Made by a program: the position numbers and the translations under genes. A stretch of 64,000 bases of DNA from NCBI GenBank assembly GCA_963666275.2, contig CAXXOA010000001.1, positions 96,001 through 160,000 of the forward strand. Reading direction: 5' to 3'. Below, piece by piece: positions 58,151 to 64,000 of this stretch. The notes under the pieces are model-generated. The model made no database searches. It was not told where the DNA came from and saw nothing but the letters and a program-made list of their open reading frames with translations. Position 1 is the first letter of the stretch, and every line of letters starts with the position of its first letter. The DNA is from Oceanispirochaeta sp. GTDB taxonomy: Bacteria > Spirochaetota > Spirochaetia > DSM-2461.

Positions 58151-60115
58151 TCAGTCCGCGGCGGAGAAGAAATTCTGGAACTCATCATCGGCCTGACGGA
58201 TATAACCTGCCAGGCATTCGTCGCTGCAGGAGGCCATCTCCTCGAAGGTACAGCTGATATCCGTATTGATATCTTCACTGTGCCGGACATAGGTCGTCTG
58301 ATAGAGGGAAAGCTTTTTTGTCCTGTGTATTCCGATTTCAAGGAGTTTCCTGGCTCCCTGACGGATAAGTTTCAGTTTTTCCAGCAGGTCTTCATGGGAT
58401 TCGATGCTCCAGACCCCCAGGAATATAGGCTGGTTGTCATTGTTGATATCTCCCAGAAATTCCCCTCTCAGGCATTTGTTCCGGTCGCTTTTCAGGTAGG
58501 GGACAAAATCAAGATGTTCCGCCAGTTTTCTGTCGGTTGCAAGGAAGTCCCCAGTTGCGGGATTCAGGGTAAAGATAATCACATTTTCAAGGGCCTGGCC
58601 GTAGCTTTTGAACAGAGCTCCCAGGTAGTCTTTCCTTTCTATCGCCAGGAAGAGTTTATCCCTTTTTTCTTTGATGGCATCGGCTATTTCAAGGAGCCAC
58701 TGCCTCATCGCATCGTATTCACAGCGGTAGGTTTCCACTTCGCCTGCAAAGGCTGACCTGTCTACAGCTCCCTGCAGATAGGAGAGAACGGTCCTGTAGA
58801 TCATTCTTATGTTGTGAAATTTGCTGAATTTGAGTATAAGGTCAAAAAGGAAAATCTCCATTTTCCGGAGCTGCCAGATAGAGGCTATATAATCAGTCCT
58901 TTCAGCATCATCATTTTTTACAGGCTCCTCCCAGAGTATCTTGAACTCATTGAGCCTTCTGTCCATCTGAATATACCATTTATCCATGGGGCCGGAGACT
59001 TTGGTGAGTGTGATATACCAGGTGGTGCCTTCTCCCTCGACACTTTCAATCTGAATGTTCCGGGCACCGAAGGTGGAGTAGATCTGCCGGGTTCCAAGGC
59101 CCTCTCCCGTCTTTTTTCCTTTGGTGGTCACTCCCACAAAGGCGGGAATCCCTTCGGCATTCCTGACTAGCTTTTCCGGGGGGATCCCTTCGCCGTTGTC
59201 TTTCAGCATAAGGTGTACCAGGTCCTCTTTCCGGCTGATGCTGATCTCAATGACCCCTCTCCGCCCTGTTTCGCTGATCGACTCCAGGGAGTTGGAAACC
59301 ATATTGATCAGGGCTCTTCCCATATCCATGTAATATCCCCTCACCATGGGCATCCTTGAGCTGAGCTTCAGGTGAAGTTCGCAGGGGATGGTGGAGGCCT
59401 CAATGTAGGGAACGATCCTGTCCAGGATCACTTCCTGAATATTCACCTTATGGACTATCTGCATGGAGTCGCGGAAAGAGTTGAGCATATTGATAAGGGT
59501 GGTGGTTTCCCTGTTGATATCCTCGATGATCCTGTCTCCGTTGTCCACCGAAAGCATATCGACCATGCTGCTCATGAGCCGGAGGATCTTGCGGGCATCA
59601 TGTCTCGTCTTCCCGATCTCCTCATCGGATTTCTGAAAGCCCTTCTCTTCTGTGGACGTCTGGACAAGGATCGCCTCTTTTTCCGCATACAGATGGTTGT
59701 ATATCAGGTTCCTGTAGACAATCGGATCCTCTGAGAGAAACCCTTTGCTGTGGAAGAACTCTATGGTATCAATCTGTTTTTCCCATATGTAGACGTAGAC
59801 TCTGGACTTCTCGGGGATGCTGCGGGAGAGGTGCTCGATGAAGCTTGTTCCGATCCCTCTGCCCCGGCCGAAGGGACTGGTGACTATTTTATAAATCAGG
59901 AAGCTTTTCTTTTCCCGGTCCGAATAGACAATCATATACCCCAGGATTTCGCCTTCATCGATCCAGACGGCACTGAATTCCCTGTCTTTGCTTATTTCCG
60001 GGTCCTGTACGTAGGGGGAGGGGATAATGAATGTGTCGATATTCAGCAGAGGATTCTGCAGAACCTGATCCTCTATCTCCTGTGTGAGGGGCCGGATATG
60101 ATGGTGCTGACTCAT
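58151..60115 (-). CDS. GNAT domain, histidine-kinase-like module and unknown C-terminal domain
   Basis: GRGRGIGT acetyl-CoA motif and F.HSKGF; RHDAR H-box-like; NMVSNS, DNGEGI, TTK and GEGLG HATPase boxes. Confidence 0.8.
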   Translation of the reverse strand: MSQHHHIRPLTQEIEDQVLQNPLLNIDTFIIPSPYVQDPEISKDREFSAVWIDEGEILGYMIVYSDREKKSFLIYKIVTSPFGRGRGIGTSFIEHLSRSIPEKSRVYVYIWEKQIDTIEFFHSKGFLSEDPIVYRNLIYNHLYAEKEAILVQTSTEEKGFQKSDEEIGKTRHDARKILRLMSSMVDMLSVDNGDRIIEDINRETTTLINMLNSFRDSMQIVHKVNIQEVILDRIVPYIEASTIPCELHLKLSSRMPMVRGYYMDMGRALINMVSNSLESISETGRRGVIEISISRKEDLVHLMLKDNGEGIPPEKLVRNAEGIPAFVGVTTKGKKTGEGLGTRQIYSTFGARNIQIESVEGEGTTWYITLTKVSGPMDKWYIQMDRRLNEFKILWEEPVKNDDAERTDYIASIWQLRKMEIFLFDLILKFSKFHNIRMIYRTVLSYLQGAVDRSAFAGEVETYRCEYDAMRQWLLEIADAIKEKRDKLFLAIERKDYLGALFKSYGQALENVIIFTLNPATGDFLATDRKLAEHLDFVPYLKSDRNKCLRGEFLGDINNDNQPIFLGVWSIESHEDLLEKLKLIRQGARKLLEIGIHRTKKLSLYQTTYVRHSEDINTDISCTFEEMASCSDECLAGYIRQADDEFQNFFSAAD

Positions 60116-60681
60116 GGTTCCCCGGCCAGGTCCAGTTCGGCGGCGGCTTTCCGCATTCCCTCAATGGTCATGGTTATGAGTTCGGTCAGTTCCATTCCCA
60201 GCATTTCAGCGCCTTTTTCAATGATCCCTCTGTCGACTCCTGCAGAAAACTGTTTGGCTTTCCATTTCTTTCTGACCGATTTCGCTGTCATATCCAGAAT
60301 GCTTCTGGAAGGGCGTACCAGAGCCGTGGCTGTGATAAGTCCTGTCAGCTCGTCTGTGGCAAAAAGTACTTTTTCCATCTCCTCTACCGGTTCGACATCA
60401 CTGCAGATTCCCCAGCCATGAGAAACAACCGCATGAATATACTCTTCCGGCCATCCCCTCTCTTTCAGGATCTGTTCGCTCATCGTGCAGTGCCGGTCCG
60501 GGTACATCTCATAATCCAGATCGTGGAGTAGCCCTATGACGCCCCATTTTTCAGGATCTTCCCCTTTTATCTGCGCCGCATGCTTCATCACGGCTTCAAC
60601 TGCCAGGGCATGTTTATACAAACTGTCGGATTTGTTGAACTCTCTGAAAAGTTCCAGTGCCGCCTCTCTGTCAATTTTCAC
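60112..60681 (-). CDS. HD-domain (HDIG) hydrolase
   Basis: KHALAVEA, GLLHDLDY, SHG and DELTG motifs; GTG start. Confidence 0.88.
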   Translation of the reverse strand: MKIDREAALELFREFNKSDSLYKHALAVEAVMKHAAQIKGEDPEKWGVIGLLHDLDYEMYPDRHCTMSEQILKERGWPEEYIHAVVSHGWGICSDVEPVEEMEKVLFATDELTGLITATALVRPSRSILDMTAKSVRKKWKAKQFSAGVDRGIIEKGAEMLGMELTELITMTIEGMRKAAAELDLAGEP

Positions 60682-62392
60682 TGCTGTCCCCCTGTTTCTG
60701 ACGCATTTTCCTCTCCTTATCCAGAAGATCCTTTATCTGTTTATCTGTAAATCCGCCTTCGGTCTGCCAATCCTGAAGATTCAGATCCTCCAGCTTTACA
60801 AGAGGTTCTTTTTCAATATACAGGAGCATTTCATCAGTCAGGCTGTTCATCCTGTTTTTCTCTTCAGGGTTCATTATCTTTTTGTGAAAAGCCGGAAATC
60901 TGTTCTGCCTCTTGCTCTGGGCCGGGGCATCATTGAGCTTTATGAACACCCCGTCCTGCAGGCAGCCCTCAGGGCCCCAGTCCTTTTCAAACTGCATCAG
61001 CCGGGAGCGGAGCATCTCGCAGACCTCCTGTATGGCCGGATCCTCCCGGCTCTCTCCAAAGAGGATATTTGTCTGCTCCGAAGGATCTTCCTTCAGGTCA
61101 AAAAGCTCTTCGTAGCCGCCGTTGTAGTAGTAATTGTATTTGTAGAGCTTTGTTCTCAGAGAAATCCATCTTCTCAGCCCGGCAGAGTACTCCACGTATT
61201 GAACGGACCTGTCCTTCCGGACCTGATCCGCTCCCGCAAGAAGGCTTTCTCCGGGAAAGGTTGTGTTCTTATAGGATATGTTGATCCCCGCGGCATCCAT
61301 GATCGTGGGAAATACATCGTTCAGGTCGGCAAAGCTGTTCTCCACTTCTCCCGGAGGGATGGTTCCGGGAAAGCTGAGGATAAACGGGATCCGGGTACAG
61401 CTGTCATAGGGTAGCCCTTTTTCAAGGGCGCCGTGGTCTCCCAGCATCTCGCCATGATCGCTTGTAAACAGGATCAGTGTATTGTCTCTCTGGCCTGTTT
61501 TCTCCAGAGCATCCAGTATCCGGCCCAGGTTGTAATCCATCTGGCTGATAGAGGAGTAATAGAGCTGACGGTACCGTTTCTGAAGTTTATCCGACAGCCC
61601 TTCCGTTAGTTTCACATTTTCCATGGTCGGCTTGGAAAGAGGCGTGTTGGACCGGATCGGTTCGGGAAGTTCCACGTCCGTATAGATATCGGCAAACCGG
61701 GCGGAAGGATTCTGGGGAGGATGGGGGGAGAGCCAGCTGACCTTCATCAGCCAGGGATGACGTCCACCGTTCTCTTTCAGAAAGTTTATGGCCCTGTCGG
61801 CAACCCAGGTATCCCCTTTCAGTTCTTCGGGGATGATGGCCTGCTGGGGGATGTGAAAGAGGAGGTTCTCACAGCCGTGGAGATTCAGGATGTGCCCCCA
61901 TCCGGCTTCTTTCAGAGACAGGGCATAGTCATCCTGTTCCCTGTATTCGGGACAGCTCTCCATAAGGAGCATTCTGTCATAACCGTGATGCCTCCGGGGA
62001 GGGAGAAACTGGTTTTTTCCGATGGTGACCGTTTCATAGCCGTGGTCCGACAGAACTTTGGGAAAGGTATTGATCCACCCGGGCATGCTGTAGCCCTTGT
62101 TGTTTTCCGTATAGCCATGAACTTTTCCCGTCAGTCCGGTCAGAATGTTGTGTCTTGCGGGCATGCCGTCGGGAACAGGGGTATAGGCATGGGTATACAG
62201 ACGGCCCGATGCTGCGAGTCTGTCCAGGTTCGGGGTGTACATGTGGGGATTTCCCGCTGCGGCGATCGTATCAAAACGCATCTGATCCGTCAGGAGAAAG
62301 AGAATATTGGGACGGTTCTCATCGCGGCTTATCTCTGAATGCTTTTCGTCGTAGGGTATTGTAACAGTTCCGTTGTCTGCAGGGTTTGCCAT
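60671..62392 (-). CDS. Sulfatase-family protein with Gly in place of the catalytic Cys/Ser
   Basis: PNILFLLTDQ, TPNLDRLA, PHPP, FTSDHGEMLGDH and ELFDL..DP.E motifs; signature reads G-M-P-A-R. Start at 62392 inferred from GGAGGA RBS. Confidence 0.85.
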   Translation of the reverse strand: MANPADNGTVTIPYDEKHSEISRDENRPNILFLLTDQMRFDTIAAAGNPHMYTPNLDRLAASGRLYTHAYTPVPDGMPARHNILTGLTGKVHGYTENNKGYSMPGWINTFPKVLSDHGYETVTIGKNQFLPPRRHHGYDRMLLMESCPEYREQDDYALSLKEAGWGHILNLHGCENLLFHIPQQAIIPEELKGDTWVADRAINFLKENGGRHPWLMKVSWLSPHPPQNPSARFADIYTDVELPEPIRSNTPLSKPTMENVKLTEGLSDKLQKRYRQLYYSSISQMDYNLGRILDALEKTGQRDNTLILFTSDHGEMLGDHGALEKGLPYDSCTRIPFILSFPGTIPPGEVENSFADLNDVFPTIMDAAGINISYKNTTFPGESLLAGADQVRKDRSVQYVEYSAGLRRWISLRTKLYKYNYYYNGGYEELFDLKEDPSEQTNILFGESREDPAIQEVCEMLRSRLMQFEKDWGPEGCLQDGVFIKLNDAPAQSKRQNRFPAFHKKIMNPEEKNRMNSLTDEMLLYIEKEPLVKLEDLNLQDWQTEGGFTDKQIKDLLDKERKMRQKQGDSSEN

Positions 62393-62591
62393 ATGATCCT
62401 CCCGGGAGTGTGCTGACTCTCCGTAATTGTAACGCCTTTTCGCCGGATCATTCAATCATTCCTCAGGAGCCTTAAAAATTCTCATAGAAACCCGGGAGAA
62501 ATTCCATTAGTATAAAGATTCTATTAGTATAATGATATTAATAAACCAGCATAAAAAAATAAATAAACGAAACGAAAAAAGGGAACTGATT

Positions 62592-64000
62592 ATGACAATA
62601 AGAGGGAAATCGATTGCATCTGTCGTTTTTACATCCATTGGGGGAACAGCCTTCCTGTGGCTATTCAATATTTTTTATGTTTTGAGAAACTGGTCTCTTT
62701 TAACAGAGGGCCTGGCCGTATTTGCTTCTGTGGTTATCGGCCTTATGATTGTTGTGTCTCTGGGGGTGGCAAGATTTCTGCGGCCTCTCCTTGAGGCACA
62801 AAAGCAGGTGGAATCTTCCGGAGTCCTGACAGAGGATACAGACAGGAAACTGGGAAGGATTATCAAGAAACTCCCTGTTGTCCTTACCGTCATAAACGGG
62901 GTTGCCTTTTTTCTGGGGCCCCTTGTCAAACATGTGATCTCGCGCATCGCCGTGGGTGAAAATCCATTCAATTTCGGCATGCTTACATCCATTCTCTATT
63001 CCGTTTCTATCGGTGTCTATGTGGCTTTTATCGAATCAAGGCTGATTGAGATGTACCTTCACCCCCTGAAAATGGCAAGGAAGAGAAATTTTCTGGATAA
63101 TGAAAACAGGAAGAAATGGCTGGTCCGGCAGCTGCTGCTCAGCTCAACAATCCTGGTTCTTGCTTTCGGATTGTTCTTTTCCGCAGGAAAAGGGTATCTG
63201 ACGGAGGAACTGCTGGCTCCTTCCAAAATGGATGCTTTATCGGGAGCATCTGAAGCGAATGATGCCCGTTCCGGCTACTGGGCGTCCGCACTGGAGGGCC
63301 GCTCTGTAAACCTGACTGAAAACAGCCCCTATATCCTGGCCAGGCAGGGGGAATATTATCTGAAAATGTTCATTCTGGGCCTGATTGTCACAGCCGCTTC
63401 TCTGCTGGCGGGATATCTGGAAAACCGCCCGCTTGAATCACGGCTGTATGAGATGAACAGACGCCTGAAGGAACTGGCCCGGGGGGAGGGGCATTCGGAA
63501 GAGAAGCTGGTGATCCTTCAGGATGATGAACTGGGGGAAGCTGTCCACTGGATAAACACCTTTATAGACAGGCAGGCCGAACTCATGAACACCATCAGAA
63601 ATTCCATCTCCAGTCTTGCCGCCATATCCAGTGAATTGTTTGAAATGGATCAGTTTGCCCAGTCCCTGGGGGAGGGGATGTCCCGGGGCGTTTCCCTGGT
63701 TCAGAAAAACCTGGAGATTCAGAGGACCGCTCTGGAAGGGGTCAAAAGCGATGTGGAGAGTTTAAGCTCCAATATCACCTTTACGGCCGGGAATATCCGG
63801 GAGCAGAACGATGCCATGAGCAGCAACTCCACCTCGGTTGAAGAGATGACAGCCAATATCGGTTCGGTTTCCAAAAACGCCCAGGGTGTTTATGACAGGA
63901 CTCAGAACCTGAAGATCAAAGCCGAAGACAGCAGCAGGGAGATGCTTGAAATGATGAACGGCATCCGTAACGTGGTAGCGTCGGCGGAAGAGGTGGCCCA
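62592..64000 (+). CDS. Multi-TM methyl-accepting chemotaxis protein, 3'-truncated by the window edge
   Basis: Not in the ORF track because there is no stop in the window. ATG at 62592 opens MTIRGKSIAS..., several TM segments, HAMP-like QDDELGEAVHWINTF and spirochaete-type SVEEMTANI. Confidence 0.8.
   Translation, partial: MTIRGKSIASVVFTSIGGTAFLWLFNIFYVLRNWSLLTEGLAVFASVVIGLMIVVSLGVARFLRPLLEAQKQVESSGVLTEDTDRKLGRIIKKLPVVLTVINGVAFFLGPLVKHVISRIAVGENPFNFGMLTSILYSVSIGVYVAFIESRLIEMYLHPLKMARKRNFLDNENRKKWLVRQLLLSSTILVLAFGLFFSAGKGYLTEELLAPSKMDALSGASEANDARSGYWASALEGRSVNLTENSPYILARQGEYYLKMFILGLIVTAASLLAGYLENRPLESRLYEMNRRLKELARGEGHSEEKLVILQDDELGEAVHWINTFIDRQAELMNTIRNSISSLAAISSELFEMDQFAQSLGEGMSRGVSLVQKNLEIQRTALEGVKSDVESLSSNITFTAGNIREQNDAMSSNSTSVEEMTANIGSVSKNAQGVYDRTQNLKIKAEDSSREMLEMMNGIRNVVASAEEVA

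Noticed and set aside
60536..61414. 292-aa plus-strand ORF, and likewise 38345-39199
   Set aside because: Antisense to the sulfatase/HD genes and to glnA respectively, with no domain signal.

Overview
A 64-kb stretch of bacterial chromosome. The 'AxGxxE/D'-type signal peptides on the binding proteins and the MCP style suggest a free-living spirochaete; this is inference. Gene content in order: (1) partial KamA radical-SAM gene and a NUDIX gene; (2) two paralogous copies of a catabolic module, RpiR <- SDR, TRAP dctPQM, split transketolase, D-2-hydroxyacid dehydrogenase (1561-9198 and 12554-20550), flanking an orphan sugar-binding protein/MCP pair; (3) a third RpiR with an aldolase, Zn-dehydrogenase and FGGY kinase operon; (4) two-component genes, rubrerythrin-VIT1, cstA, tRNA-Cys, NAD-dependent DNA ligase, HU plus an HU-TM-LysM fusion, rbsD, tRNA-Asn; (5) a sigma54 nitrogen cluster (GSIII, PII, amtB, NifA-like activator) with a readable activator motif; (6) birA-bioY-ECF, an MCP and an Omp85-like protein; (7) two identical initiator tRNA-fMet genes, each trailed by a tandem array of about 193-bp structured repeats; (8) prsW, hisC, a hybrid kinase, an MFS-HEAT fusion, a sulfatase(C->G)/HD/GNAT-histidine-kinase operon and a partial MCP. 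The most unusual signal is the tRNA-anchored repeat family. Each unit copies the 3' end and terminator of its own neighbouring tRNA around a nested-hairpin, AGGA-loop 'payload'. A diverged unit shows compensatory stem changes, and a relic of the same payload sits behind tRNA-Cys with Cys-specific ends. Also notable are a candidate pair of convergent sRNAs with anti-Shine-Dalgarno terminator loops and the mosaic identity of the duplicated operon. All calls come from reading the sequence by eye; no searches were run.
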